Numbered from the stretch's first letter, positions 1-14,033 are shown. The stretch is 64,000 nucleotides of DNA from Octopus sinensis (GCF_006345805.1 NC_043008.1:76818001-76882000), one strand, 5' to 3'. Notes: generated from the letters alone by a model not told the origin. Numbers and translations: made by a program.

Positions 1-815
1 GGGCATTTGGTCTTGATAGCCTTTCTTAATTGCCTCAGCGTGTTGGCACTCTCCATTGATGGTCAATAAACACAATGTCTTTCGCATCCCAAAAAACTTT
101 GCTGCAGATAAAACACCCTTTGCCTTGGAGCAGATGTGGAGGGGTATTTCAGCAGAATGGATTGTCTCTGTCTCTATGTGATGAATCCAGCACTCATTCT
201 GGCTTAGGAAATACTCAAGGAAACCAGCTGTATCTGCCTCAAGCAACGTCAGATTTTCCCGTGATGTAATCGGACTGGTGCACTTTTGGTCAAATATCAG
301 ATGACGTGGCACCCACCGAACTTAAAACTTCATCATGTCAAATTCAATGTGCAAAATATTCTCAACTCTCTCATAAGATATGCTGATAGCATTGGCTATT
401 TCACTTATAGTCAGTTGCCTGTCATACATCACCATGTGGCGAACGCGATCAATGTTTTCCTCGGTGGTAGCTGTTGCAGGACAGTCAGACCTTTGGGTCA
501 TCTTCAAAACTCTCCTTTTCCCTCCTAAATTTAGCTGCCTACTGATGTAGCAACCATGTCAGCATGAATATCTTTGTGGGGGCCCAAACCCTTTTTCTAT
601 AGGTACTTGATAACACTACGATGCCAATTTTTGTTGATTTTGGAGAGAAGTCGCCACCAATTCATTTTGAAGCTTTCTTTGAACAGTCAAATGTTAGTTT
701 ACCTGGTAAGAAATAATGCAGTTAGTAAGAAAGGTTGAAATTAATGTATGCAAGATTTCACAGCTCTAGCATCACTCCTTCATATTCAGCATATGAACTT
801 TTCAGTCCACCCTTA
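1..815 (-). mobile_element. mariner transposon relic (5' portion; runs off the window start)
   Basis: Minus-strand translation gives TATTEENIDRVRHMVMYDRQLTISEIANAISISYERVENILH (HTH region), DECWIH (first catalytic D) and LRQLRKAIKTK. A terminal-repeat-like end gaacttttcagtccaccctta is followed by TA at 816-817. Multiple frameshifts. Confidence 0.85.
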
Positions 816-817
816 TA

Positions 818-2270
818 TAAGAAAGACAGCTTTCTGTCATCCCATTTCTTGATGAGATTGGTTACCCTACTCGTCACCGCGTCCCATTTCTTCTCTACGT
901 AAAGATTCGGAGGAAACAAGACCCCAAACAATTTAACTGGTCCTTCTGTCCTGGACTGCAAGGACATGTCTCTTCAGGTGCCGAGCAGCAGGCCACTGAC
1001 TTCTCTTGATTAATTTTTGCTCCAGTCACTGCCCCGTATTCTTTAAGAGCAATGCCAATCTGGTGTATGTACCTGGTATTCTACTCTATGGCGGTGACAA
1101 ATTGTGGCTTTGTCGTCACGTTGCACCTCAGTCACTTGGACCCATCAAACGGCTTTCGTTCTCTCTTATCTTTGAGTACGTGTCTTAGCTCTGACAATGC
1201 ATCCGTCATGCTTAGCGTTGAAGAATTTCGCCGCCTGCCTTTTCTAAGGGCCTCTTTGTTTCTGAGTTTCCGTCTATTTTATTTCTTTTTATCACTAATC
1301 CTTTACTGAACCTAATAGATTCTACTCTGATTGCCCTTTTCATGGCAAACCACCATTTGTTATTGAGGATCGACCCACCCCACTCAGTGCCCGCTTAACT
1401 AATTCTCCAATCTGATCTCTGTAAGCTTGGGACACCAGGAGTGAAGCATTCAGCTTCCAGTAGCCGGGTCCCTGCCTACGAAGACTAAGTCAACTGCGCA
1501 AATCACAAATTTGTGATCTATGTAGCCGACGATATTGAAAAGTGGACAACTTAAATTATCCTTATCTACTGGTCGACATACAAACTAGATGACTCGATGC
1601 AGTTCGTTCATGTCCACACAGGCACAATCGGGAAATCAAGTCAATACCTATCAGACATTAAAAAACGTCTGAGCAGGTTTGCGAGACTTTGCATCCCAAC
1701 TCTTCTAACAGGTAGTTCCACACAATCTAGACGTACGTCCAAGTCACCCATTAGCACTATAGGTCGAGACATTCCCAGGAAAACCTCCAGACGTCTGAAG
1801 AAATTCGGTTTCCTGCGCCTGTCGGAGCATAGACAGCCACCATTCTGAAAGTACTCCTCTCGCTACTGTTCACATCCAGGACAACCAACTTACCTTCTGG
1901 GTCCAAGAAGATGGTTCTTATCTTGAGATCCCAACCTTTCCGGAACAACTCCGCAGTTTTACCCCTACCCCCACTTCCGGTTGACAAGGAGATAAGTAAA
2001 TCTCGTATCTATCTAAAATGAGAATGCTTGTCAATTGGAAAGTCTGGTCCCACTAATAGCTACGATATCTATACTTAATGACTTGCGTTCATAGGGTAGG
2101 TGACCCTGTTTCAAGGTGACCCCAGGCCGTGTGCATTTATACAGCCTATTCTAAGCAAGGCCATTTTTATCAAAGAATGAAGAGTATCACTTACCCTATT
2201 TCTGCGGAGAGACAGATTTTCTACCTTTCTGGTTATATGTGGGTGTCTTCACAAGCATTTCTTTGTAGAG
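818..2270 (-). mobile_element. Tx1/L1-clade LINE relic (APE endonuclease plus RT fragment, internally deleted)
   Basis: ORF2-like start MALLRIGCINAHGL near 2164, then GKLVVLDV..FRMVAVYAP and DHKFV motifs. The RT piece GPVKLFGVLF.PNLYVEKKWDAVT..W.DRKLS matches the ORF at 40893-42137. Confidence 0.8.
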
Positions 2271-2499
2271 TCTTTTGTTTATGATCCGACGGATATAATT
2301 ATAACAGCGGGTGTCCATCGTAGTAATGCTTTTACTAATGCTCTAACTAATTCTTTTACTAATTACTTTTATAAATAATTCAGTTAGTCGAGGTAATTTG
2401 ATATAATTGTGATATGATATCAAATTATGCTCTGTGGTAAGGGAGAGGGTCAGGGGGGGGGGCAATCAGATGTTAGGCAGGTAAGCTAATAACCTGTAA

Positions 2500-3515
2500 T
2501 GTAGGTATTAGCGGTATTTAGGGAATAAGAATTTATCTTTACGTAAGCATGTTTATTTTTCTCACCACCTTTATTAAGTCATTCTCACCACCTTTATTAA
2601 GTCATTGGCCAATAAAAGGAAGAATTTCTCATAATTACATAAATTACAGCGATTACTTTTAAGGTTATATGAAGCGTTTTGGCTAGGATGCGCCATTCTA
2701 ATCTATAATTAATGTTATCTTTAAGTTCCCAGATGTAACTGTTTAATCCGGTAGAATAAGCCTTATTTCTATTGCTGAAACTTGAGGGATGGGAATTATA
2801 TCTAAGTTTCATTTAATTTTTAGTTGCTCCTATATAAATTTTCTTGTAATTACTAGGGAATACATCACATTGGTAGATTACATTCTTAGTTTTACATTTA
2901 TTCAAGAATTCACAAGTATTTTTTATCTCTGCAACTACATACATTAGTAAAATTACCTGAACCTATGATATGGTGAGGGGATTATCATTTATAAGCTGGT
3001 TGTCCGTATTTTTAGAGGGCGAGTTATTAGGGGAATCGCTTATTATATCAATCGATTGGTTGTTGCGATTTTTATTGTTATTCTTCCTAGCTTCGTAGAA
3101 GTAGTCTAACTTTTTTATTGTTAATAGAGGCTATAATAGTAACTAGGTTGCTTATGCTATTACCTATTCTAATTCTATTGCTAAAGATTTCTGAGTATTT
3201 CGTATTCATATTGAAATACTTATTTATAAGTTTCGTTATAGATTTAACGATATTGGGTTTTACTTTGCTCGCGAAGGGGATTATTAGCCAGATGTTATCC
3301 TTTTTCCGCTTGTTATTCTTAATATTTTTGCTTTTGGTGTAAAAACTGCCCTCAGTATTGTTTTAAATTTATGGTTATAATTATTATTATTCTTTCTATT
3401 GTTATTTTTATTACTATTGATATCAGCTTTGGTAGGGTTGTTCCCATTCGATCTATTTATTTATATACCTTGGTATTATAATTGCTAACAGGGACTTTAT
3501 TGGTTTTTTATGTAT
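2500..3515 (-). mobile_element. Penelope-like element, C-terminal half (thumb/linker plus GIY-YIG endonuclease), degenerate
   Basis: KRKKDNIWLIIPFASKVKPNIVK, then CSCRDKK..CKTKNVIYQCDV..YIGATK, then KLRYNSH..STGLNSYIWELKDN.NYRLEWRIL. Stops and frameshifts present. Confidence 0.75.
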
Positions 3516-3520
3516 GTTAA

Positions 3521-3565
<45 letters not shown>

Positions 3566-3578
3566 GATTATTATTATT

Positions 3579-3611
<33 letters not shown>

Positions 3612-3660
3612 ATTATTATCATCATTACCATTATTACTATTATTATAATTGTAGATATTT
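3515..3660. repeat. compound (ATT)n/(GTT)n microsatellite
   Basis: Directly visible trinucleotide runs. Confidence 0.95.
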
Positions 3661-3981
3661 ATATTATTCGGTTTATTTTTATAAGGCTCCGAGTAAAGGT
3701 ACTTAATTTTTTGCTTATAGCCTGTTTCTTCCGATGCAGTGTTACAGTGTTCCTTATACTTATTGAATATATCTTCGTTGGACGAGAGATACGAAATTCT
3801 TTTACTAATGCCCTGAAAAAGTCCTCTTTATATAAAGTTTGGGTGGTTACTATGTGCATAATATATTTGAGGTTGATATTAGGTTTAATGTATGGTTCGT
3901 GTAATCCTGTGGTTAAATTACAATTGGCATATAAATAGTTAATAGAATTATACTCTAAATAGTTAATAGAATTATAGTCTA

Positions 3982-4066
3982 AATCATTCTGACGATGTTT
4001 GTTACATGGAACGAGATAAATGCAAATTTACCTCAAAAATATAAAACTGAAACAGCTGTAAATATT
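3982..4066 (+). ncRNA. hammerhead-like motif with long stem II
   Basis: CTGACGA at 3989-3995, GAAAC-AGCT-GTA at 4049-4060 (palindromic ACAGCTGT stem III), GTTT/AAAC at the base of stem II. Stem I is weak and AU-rich. Confidence 0.4.
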
Positions 4067-4272
4067 ATTTTAACTACAATTAAACTATGACCATTTAATA
4101 CCAATGATCAACTTGTAATTGTTAAGGGTTGCTCCATTTCTTTTCTTATCTGGATATATTAAACCACGGTTTACAATTTTAATTATCAACTGCTGTTAAC
4201 CTTATGGCAAGATCTATACATAGCTAGGTATAACACCAGTAGTGCCTATGGATACATTTATCCCTTAGACGG

Positions 4273-4470
4273 TTGCATAACTTCTACCTCATAATTTTTA
4301 TATATGTATGTATATATGCATATATATACGGGCGTATATATATATGTATATGTACATATGTATATTGTGTTTATATATATGTATATATATACATACGTGT
4401 ATATATATATATATGCATGTTATATATATATACATGTATATATACACATGTGTATATATATATAGACATG

Positions 4471-4527
<57 letters not shown>

Positions 4528-4560
4528 TTATATATATATAATATATATATATATATATAG
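4273..4560. repeat. (TA)n-rich microsatellite
   Basis: Directly visible. Confidence 0.95.
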
Positions 4561-4718
4561 ATAAGAAAGTTGGTTTGTGAAAGCACGTGGTTGAATATAT
4601 AGAAAATAGTAAAAAGTGAAGAAACTACAGAAGGCTTAAAGGTTAAAAAATATATATATTTGCGTCAATATGTCTGAAGAATATTAAAAAAAATTTTTCT
4701 TACAATGACATAGATTAG

Positions 4719-4757
4719 AAGAAAGACCGGTTTCGCGTTTAGCTTTTCAAATTTCTT
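4719..4757 (-). ncRNA. variant minimal hammerhead in PLE 3' repeat
   Basis: AAGAAA-TTTGAAAA-GCtaaacGC-GAAA-C-CG-GTC-TTTCTT: perfect 6-bp stem I and palindromic ACCGGT stem III, but the core is not CUGANGA. Confidence 0.45.
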
Positions 4758-6605
4758 GCGACGTAATGTTTATCTTGAACAGAGTTATCTTTATGTTTAT
4801 GTTTAAAAGAGTTCTAAATAAGGGGAGGTAATGAGTGATTTCTTCCGGTGTAAGGGAGATAATCGCTTAAAATTAAAAAAATTTTTTTCCTTTCCCTTGG
4901 TGTGAATTTCTCTGTATCAGTATGTTGGCATGGTTAAGTCTGGGCTTGTACTTTTCAATGAAGAATGTTTCCTTGTTTAGTCTAATTTGTGTTGATGATC
5001 CGATAGCACATTGGTAAAATGGAAAGATTAAAAATTGTGGTAGTAGTTGCTTTGCGCATTTCTCAATGTGCTCACTAAAAGGTATCATTCTGTATTCTGG
5101 GAATGCAATCTGTTGTCGATGCAGTGTGCATCTACGTCTGAGTGATAGTCCCGTGGATCACACGTAGTCTTGGTGGCAGCCCGAGCATTTTATGACATAA
5201 ATTATGTTTTCAGAGGCACAAGTAAAGTTAGATTTCATCTTGAATTTCTGTCCCTCTTTAAAGAGGAATTCTGATCCTTCTAGCAGGTTTGGACATGTTG
5301 CACAGTTCGATCTACCACATTTTTTTACTTTTGCATCCGTAATTTCAGAAAACAATTTTGCCTTTGTGAGAATCTTTTTAAGTGATTTAGGTTGTTTGTA
5401 GCTTTTAATGATTAGGTGTATGTTTAGAATTTCCTTTAATTTGGGGTCCTTATGAAGTATTGGTAAATTCTGGGTGATGATGGTGAAGGCTTCTTTGTTT
5501 CTGGGATTGTATGTAGATATGTAAGGTAGTATTTTCGGGGAAGGTGTGTTGTTGTGTTGAACTTTTCTTAAAGTTTCTATGTTGATTTCTGTTGCACGTC
5601 TGATACCATCCTCTATGAGTTGAGCTGGGTAATGTCTGTCAATTAGGGTGTTTTTGAGTTCTTGCAGTCTAAAGTTCCTGGTATTTTGTTCTGACACTAT
5701 TGTGCATATCCTTCTTGCAAGGTTGAAGGGGATGTTTGTTTTAATGTGTCTTGGGTGGCATGAATTAAAAAGAAGGTATTGTTTGGCGTCTGTGGCTTTG
5801 TAAAAAATGTCTGTTTCTATTTTAAGGTTAATTTTTTTAATTAGTATATCCAAGAACGGGAGCTCCTTTTGGTTGTATTCCATTGTGAACTGTATATTTG
5901 GGTTTATGCTGTTCAATAGGTTTTTAAATTTTAGGAGTTTATCTGTGTTTTCATTCCAGAGTATAAAACAATCGTCTAAGAATCGTTTCCAATTCTCTTT
6001 TATGTATTGAGAAAGGGGGTTTCCAAAGATTGATTAAGATTCCTGGTAAATGATTATTTCCATGTAGCCCATTGTTAGGTTCGCAATGACTGGTGCTGCC
6101 CTTGTACCCATAGCAATTCCGGATTTTTTACGGTAAAATGTATTGTCAAACATGAAGTGGTTATTATGTAGGATGAATTCAATTGATTTAGTAATGAATT
6201 CTTTACTGATCCTTTTTGGTATTTCTTCCGGAAATTGGTCCAGCCAGAACTGTATTGCCTCTAGTCCATAATTATGAGGTATACTGGTATATAAGTTAAC
6301 TACATCAAATGCTGGTTTCATTTGATGTAGTTAACTTATATACCAGTATACCTCATAAAGTATACCTCAACACAAATTAGACTAAACAAGGAAACATTCT
6401 TCATTGAAAAGTACAAGCCCAGACTTAACCATGCCAACATACTGATACAGAGAAATTCACACCAAGGGAAAGGGAAAAAAAGTTTTTTAATTTTAAGCGA
6501 TTATCTCCCTTACACCGGAAGAAATCACTCATTACCTCCCCTTATTTAGAACTCTTTTAAACATAAACATAAAGATAACTCTGTTCAAGATAAACATTAC
6601 GTCGC

Positions 6606-6644
6606 AAGAAATTTGAAAAGCTAAACACGAAACCGGTCTTTCTT
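6606..6644 (+). ncRNA. second copy of the variant hammerhead in the inverted pLTR
   Basis: Same motif as 4719-4757 with one stem II mismatch (gctaaacac). Confidence 0.4.
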
Positions 6645-6764
6645 CTAATCTATGTCATTGTAAGAAAAATTTTTTTAATATTCTTTAGACATATTGACGC
6701 AAATATATATATTTTAACCTTTAAGCCTTCTGTAGTTTTTTCACTTTTTACTATTTTCTATATA

Positions 6765-7131
<367 letters not shown>

Positions 7132-7307
7132 ATATATATATCACACGCTCACGTGGTCGCACATATTGATCCTATTTTTTCTTACCACTACGAACTTCTC
7201 CACTGGACTACTCCTCATCTACCATTTACGGATTCGTTTGGATACTTACCCTCCGGCTGCACCTCTCCTACACACGGATCACAGTGGACACTATATATAT
7301 ATATATA

Positions 7308-7344
<37 letters not shown>

Positions 7345-7348
<4 letters not shown>

Positions 7349-7608
7349 GTGTGTGTGTCTGTCTTTGTCCCCACCCCACCCTCATCGCTTGAAAACTGAT
7401 ATTGCTGTGTTTATGTCCTCGTAACAGCCGTTTGGCAAAACAAACCGATAGAATAAGTACTAAGCTTACAAAGAATAAATCTTGGGATCGATTTCTTCGA
7501 CTAAAGGTGGTGTTCCAGCATGGCCGCAGTCACATGACCGAAACAAGTAAAACAATAAAAAAAAACTATACCATTTTAATCCCGAGCAGCTTCGGGTATC
7601 TCTGCTAG
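7345..7608 (+). mobile_element. SINE family A 3' half joined to a Helitron-type 3' end
   Basis: SINE tail ccagcatggccgcagtcacatgaccgaaac, then the hairpin cccgagcagcttcggg and CTAG at 7605-7608. Confidence 0.7.
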
Positions 7609-8294
7609 TATAGATATATTTATGGCAGGGTATATGTGTGTTTGCGTTGATTAATAGAAATACAGTTGCATTTGTATGCATGTGTATTTGTATGTGAGTG
7701 GATGTGTGTATGAGTGTGTATGTGCGTGTGTGTTTGTGTGTGGTGTTTGTGTGTGTGTGTGTGTGTCTGTGTGTGTCTGTGTGTGTTTGTGTGTGTGTGT
7801 GTGCAATGTCTGTAACTCGATTTTCGATCAATTCAGTCGCTAGATTGTTCTCTTTCAGTTTTGCAAGAGAACTACACGATTTTACACGGATGTGACAACA
7901 ATGAGCGCGTTTTGCAGTATGTATCCGGAGTCCTCAGACACTCTGATACATTTCTTTATTCCATCTTGGAATGTTACATTTAGTGTTTTTGCTGTTTAAG
8001 GCAACGGCCAGCCACAGTATGCAACGCATAATAGAGATGTTAAAAATTAAGCGGTTTCTGTGCCTGAAGATTTTTAAAGTGAGGAAAAACTTTGCACAGA
8101 GCTTGTGCCACCCTCTAAATGAAGTAAGCATTTGCCCAAAAAGGAGAACTAGTCTACCTTACTGGGTGCAAATGAAGTCGCAGATGTTAAATAAGAGATT
8201 TCCTTCTCCTAGAGAGATGTTTAAGAAAAGGCAGGGGTTCTCTCACCCCCAGCTGTTGGAGAGTCGTTTGACAAATTCTGCTTCTTGTCCTGCG

Positions 8295-8690
8295 AGATGT
8301 TCAAAATATACGAAGCCCAGTATAACCATCATGACTACCCGTCTGATGAGGGTACACCAGGTACATGCATCACAAATATATGTGCGCGACATAGTGATCT
8401 CATATCAAGATAAACAGCACATCATCTTGCAGGTGGAGCCCAGTTAGAATTTTCTTCTGGTCGAGTAACCCATCCCGCTCAAAAGGCCCATGAATAAGGG
8501 TTGTTTAAGGATGTTGAACGAAACACCCATGTTTCCAAAGAATCTCTCTCAACACATGTCTATTATGCTCCCCCACTACTTCTGCTCATAATCGGAGATG
8601 CACATATCGTCAGCCACTAAGGGACATGCTCAACTGGCTACGGTCAAACAACTGACAAGCAAATCTGTGGTATGTATGTATGTATGAAAG
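8295..8690 (-). mobile_element. unclassified ~550-bp dispersed retroposon-like repeat, partial copy
   Basis: Collinear, high similarity to 60230-60625. Strand inferred from the (AAT)n/(GAT)n tail of the 60-kb copy. Confidence 0.6.
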
Positions 8691-9083
8691 TGATTAGACT
8701 AATAAGTTAGAATGTCGAATGAAATGCCTTGCACTATTCAGTCTGACATTCTGCGTCGAGAACAAATTTTGTTGGAGTCAGCTTTGGCTGTCATCCATTC
8801 AAGGTCGATACAAAATATGCAAATACAAGATCCAGGTTTGTGAATTGGCAGAACTGTTAGAATATCAGATGCGATTCTTTGCTGAATATCTTAAATCTGA
8901 TGCCCAGTTGTGTTACCCTTTCGACAGAATCTGTTGCACGATGAGTAGAGATCTGGAGATATTTGCACTTGTTAGTCTTCCGGAACAAAAATATCTTTGA
9001 CCAGACCTGCACTTTGATACAGATGCAGATATAAGGTCCTCTCTGATCAACTGGTGGCTTTCTGTGTATGTGAATATAAGTGT

Positions 9084-9132
<49 letters not shown>

Positions 9133-9349
9133 GTGTGTGTGTGTGTGTGCGTGCGCGCGTGTATGCATGTAATCAAATATAGTAATTATTATAATAGCGA
9201 AAAAGTAACTGGTATTTTAAGCCTTATAAAACATGCATGTTTTAGTAAATCAAATGACAAGATGACAAGCATTTGTCGAAATTGCTAAATCTTATCAACC
9301 TACCTCGTCCGAGCCTTTAGTTATATATATATATATATATATACACAGG

Positions 9350-9390
<41 letters not shown>

Positions 9391-9818
9391 GCACACGCAC
9401 ACACACACACACATATAATTGAGTTTCATTTGAATTAGGTACTTAAGTTGAAGCACTAAGTCAGTTCGGTATTACCCGTACAGCTCGAAGTAAGGTGAAT
9501 AAAATCAAAATAAGCAACAGGATATCAAGTAGTATTGCAGAACGACCATTTCGAACGGCTCCATTTAATTGGACAATGCAATCATTACATCAATTTAAAT
9601 GCAGTGCCATCATCAGCTGCACAAATAAATAGAATTTTTACTAGTTGGACATATTAATATAATTTTTCTCAAATACTTTAACAGAGCAAGAAGATGGAAG
9701 AAACTCATGTTGTCGCTATTGTAGCTAAGAATATACTACACTTCCAAGAATCGCATGAAGTCCATTAGGGTTATAGCTTGTAAAGGACTGTGATTCATTT
9801 CTAATTCATTTATCTCTT

Positions 9819-10278
<460 letters not shown>

Positions 10279-10790
10279 AATAACGGAAACAAAGGCGTTT
10301 TTTTTCTTTAAAGCATGCCGATCTGTTTTATTTGTGTTGTTCCCAAAACCCAGTGTGAATATATTTTCGCAGATATCATTTTTAAAAATATAATAATTTT
10401 TGTGAGATATTTTGAATTTTTTTCTGGGGGAAATTGTCAGAATTAAAATGGTCAATTGTTTGGCTCTTCCTGCTACTTGAATGTATCTGACATTCTTAGA
10501 AACTAGACTCCCTGTCTCTAAATCCCCCCCCCCCTGCTTCCTTTCCTTTCTTTTCCTCAAAGACTTCCAAACAGCCTAATTGCATAACACGGTTCTTTGT
10601 ATGAAATTCTCGGAAAATCTTCCGAGATATTCTGGCAAGCCTGCAGCAAGAGATTATGATCATAAGTTGAAGGACTTATTTCAAAGATATTTTGATGATA
10701 TACGTATTTAGGTATTTCTGGTATAAATAGGTTGAAATATGTATGTATATATATATGTGTGTATGAGTGTGTGTGTGTGAGTGTTTGTGT

Positions 10791-10864
<74 letters not shown>

Positions 10865-11589
10865 GCATATGCGTTTATGATTTTTTTCTCGAAATACAAT
10901 TTCAATGTACTTAAAACAGAATCTATTCGAGGTCACCACACCAAAAAGTTTAAGAGTAATATCATCTTATATAATGTACAGTATAGAGTGACTGAACTCA
11001 ATTTCAAGTTATATAATGTCACACACACACTTATTAATCGAAGTGTACAATATTATATATCCATTATGGCCAGTTTTATCATTAGGTTTCATTCTAAGGA
11101 TTCAACGGACTGTTAGATAACAACCCGATTATGTAACCCTGCGCTCTGCATCCAGTTTGTGGTCACTGTGAAAAAGATGACGAAATGAATCAAGCAAAGG
11201 TTAAGTTGATTTTTACCCCTTGGCACCAAAAACCGCCTCTGAGGATGATGCATAGCGACAAGAGTTTTCTAGAAAAGTGTGTATGGGAATTGTGTGTATG
11301 TTTTAGGGTTGTTGTTCTTGCAGCGTTGGAATGTATGCAAGGATATTCTATGTGTAGCGTTTACGGGACGTGGGGGTGGAGGCGGGTGCACAAAGGCCGT
11401 ATAAGCATCAGTGTGTACGTTTGTATTTTTTTGTTTGTGTTTTGGTTAAATTGTTTGGAGCATTTATGTAGGTACGGTGTGTGTGTAAGGGTACTATATG
11501 TGTGTATGTATGTGTATAAACACACACATATGCTCATTTTGTTGTTGTTGTTTCTGTCTCTCGTGAGAATATTCCAAACATCTTAAACT

Positions 11590-13180
11590 TCATACAAGTG
11601 CGATCACTCTGATAACTTACCTCATAAACGGATCCACATGTTTTCTGTGAACCTTACGTTATGTCCAAACAAGCAGATCTCATCATTCATTCCGCCCCGA
11701 ATTGCCTCATTTTGAATATTCTCTCGTAAGAATATTCCTAGCATGGATCTTTCCATGACCCCTTAAGTCGTTGCCAATGTATGTTCGTCTCTCTTCGTCA
11801 TAGCTCATGTTTCACTTTCTAATAACAACGCAGGCATGACTCTGCTTTTGAAGAGTTTGACACTTATGGTTCTGTCCCGCTTTGCTTTCAGCACGTCCTT
11901 TGTTGAGGTAAACGCCTTCAGTTCTGCCCTTAATCTGTTCGTGACTTCACCATCCACATTTCGACGCATATTCACATTGCCCTAAATAGCTGTACACCTT
12001 TACCACCTGAATTTCGCTGCTTCCTATCACTATTCGGCCTTGTGCAACATCTTCAGACCACATATATTTTGTTTTCATGTGGTTCATTTTAAGGTCTACA
12101 CCTGACCTATGATTATCCAGCTCAGTCAGCGTGGTCTGCAGCTGATCTATGGTTTCAGTAATGAGTACAATGTCATCTGTGAATATCTGGAGGTGAATAT
12201 CTGCAGCTAGCCCGTGATGTTCACATTGCCTGTCCAGTCAATGATGCTAATAAATGTTTCTAGATATGCGGTGAAGAGCTTCAGAGAGATGGCTTCTCCT
12301 TGTTTAACGTCCTTCTCAATTAGAACTCTCACTGGTGGCGAAAACAGAGATGCATCTATTTTACACCAAGAGTTCGCATCTCTGAGCACTTTGATGTATT
12401 ATGCCCCATCACCTTGCATTTCCAAAGATTTCAGTACTGCGTTCATCTTGACGGTATAGAAGGCCTTTTTGTTGTAAACGAAAGTTACGCACTGAGGCAG
12501 TTTGAATTCTTTCGCTCATTCTATAAGCTGTGTTAAAGTGAATATGTGGTCGGTCGTATCTTAAGGAAACTTGCTTGCTCCCTCTATGGACGGTCATAGA
12601 TATATTTTATAGTCTGAAAATATGACCTTTGTAAACACCTTATAGAGGTGGGACAAGAGTCATGTGGGGTGATAATTGATTTTTAAAATTCCATCACTCT
12701 TCTCATGAAGCAAGATGGTATTCGACTCTTTTCAAAGCGAGGATATTTTACCTTCTTTCAGATTACAAGTGAAGGGTTGAACGAGAATTTCCCACAGTTC
12801 TTTAGCTCCGCACTTCAACATCTCTGCTGGTATGTGATTCTTTCCTGCTTTCACCAATTTGAGAGCATTTTCAATTTCACTGACCAGAATAGTCGGTACT
12901 TCTTCCAACATTTGTGACATTAGAGGATCGATCTTCACTGGTGATTTAAAAAGATTGGTTTAGAAGGTTTTGTATACCTCTCCCATTTCCCCTTTGTCAC
13001 CTCTGACTTATTGTGTGCCATCTCTTTTCTGCATCTTTTTAAACTCTTCCTTTCCTCTGAAGCCTGTATCAGCTTCTTCAGTCTATAATTCTCGAGGTCA
13101 TGGTCCTCTTCATAGTTTTCCATTTTCCTAACATTTTTTTTTCTCTTCCGAGATTCTTCCTGTCAAGCTTTGCGTATGTA
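11590..13180 (-). mobile_element. RTE-clade LINE relic (RT region)
   Basis: VPTILVSEIENALK..K.G..HIPAEMLK, V.QGEAIS.KLF, IFTDDIVL..ET, YSYLGQ. Many stops. Confidence 0.85.
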
Positions 13181-14033
13181 ACTTAGATAACTTAGGTTGG
13201 TTTCGGCCCAGTATAGGCACAGGCCATGTCTCACTTAATAACACCTCCTGATGAAGTCTTTTAGCTCGTGATTCACGCCTCAGTCGTATATGGGACATCT
13301 AAGCCCACTCTAGCAAAGAGTTATTGCTAGAGACATCCAGTTGTAGGAGTTTGGTCCGGGATTTTTGGAAAAAATTTTTCCAGAGAATTTTTGAATTTTT
13401 TGGGATCTGCTTCCGTTTTGATATATTTTGGTATAATATTAAAGAGAACTAGACCGGTTGCGGTAAAGTAGTTGTATCGTAATGTTGTTATGTGTCTGGA
13501 ATTCGAATTTTGTAGTGGGCGGATAGCACAGGAGCCAAATCTTGGGTGGATTTTAAAACTGATGCCAACATCATTTGTGCAATATTGATGGAATATTTTC
13601 CATATCACACAAATAATGTAGCGCTCATGGCGGCGTTGGAGAGAGTAGAGATTGAGTTTTTTGGTCGACCCCAGTAGTCAATGCCTGTCATGCCGTCTGT
13701 CTTTCTTGTTATTGACCTCTGGAGTGCTTACACTTTCATAATGCTTTGCTTCGTGTGGGGAGACCACAGTGGGCAACAGTATTCGAGGTGGATCGGATAA
13801 AAGTAGAGTAGAGAAGGATGATGGTGTGAGCATTTCTAGACCAGAAAGTTCTCAGAATCCAGGACCACATCTTGCGGGCCAAGTCAGCCTTGCTGTTTAC
13901 GAGGGAGTTCCAGCTTAGATTGTTATCAACAATTACTCCAAGGTCTCTGATGTTGTTGGATGACACTAGGGAGTCGCCTGGGGGAAGAGCATATGGTAGC
14001 TTCAGAATATCCTCTTTTCCAAAGTGGATAAAA
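13180..14033 (-). mobile_element. CR1/L2-like LINE 3' end with UTR
   Basis: NIRDLGVIVDNNLSW..KM.SWILRTF, HLEYCCPLWSPH, LNLYSLQRRHERY. The 3' tail is ATGGCC-stem-loop-GAAAC followed by (ctaagtta) repeats. Confidence 0.85.

Larger units (their letters stand above)
4595..6764 (-). mobile_element. Penelope-like retroelement, 5'-truncated (RT plus GIY-YIG), with an inverted ~400-bp copy of its 3' end (pLTR)
   Basis: RT motifs FDVVNLYTSIP, GIAMGTRAAP..ANL.MGY and RFLDDCF; thumb LPFLD..TDIFYK..D..QYL.FNSCHP; GIY-YIG NIIYVIKCSGCHQDYV. 4595-4994 is the reverse complement of 6366-6764. Confidence 0.9.

Noticed and set aside
8335-8370. CTGATGAG in the 550-bp repeat
   Set aside because: No downstream GAAA box, and the 60-kb copy reads CTGATAAG.
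7950-9060. ORFs 7971-8447 and 8719-9000 as LINE or host coding sequence
   Set aside because: Only vague resemblance to RTE motifs; no assignment could be supported by eye.
10260-11460. Non-repetitive segments with short ORFs, including a CxxC-like stretch near 11140
   Set aside because: Motifs are too weak to assign to a gene or TE.
13201-13260. TTTCG plus CTGATGA as a hammerhead
   Set aside because: The two motifs lie on opposite strands; this is the LINE 3' UTR.
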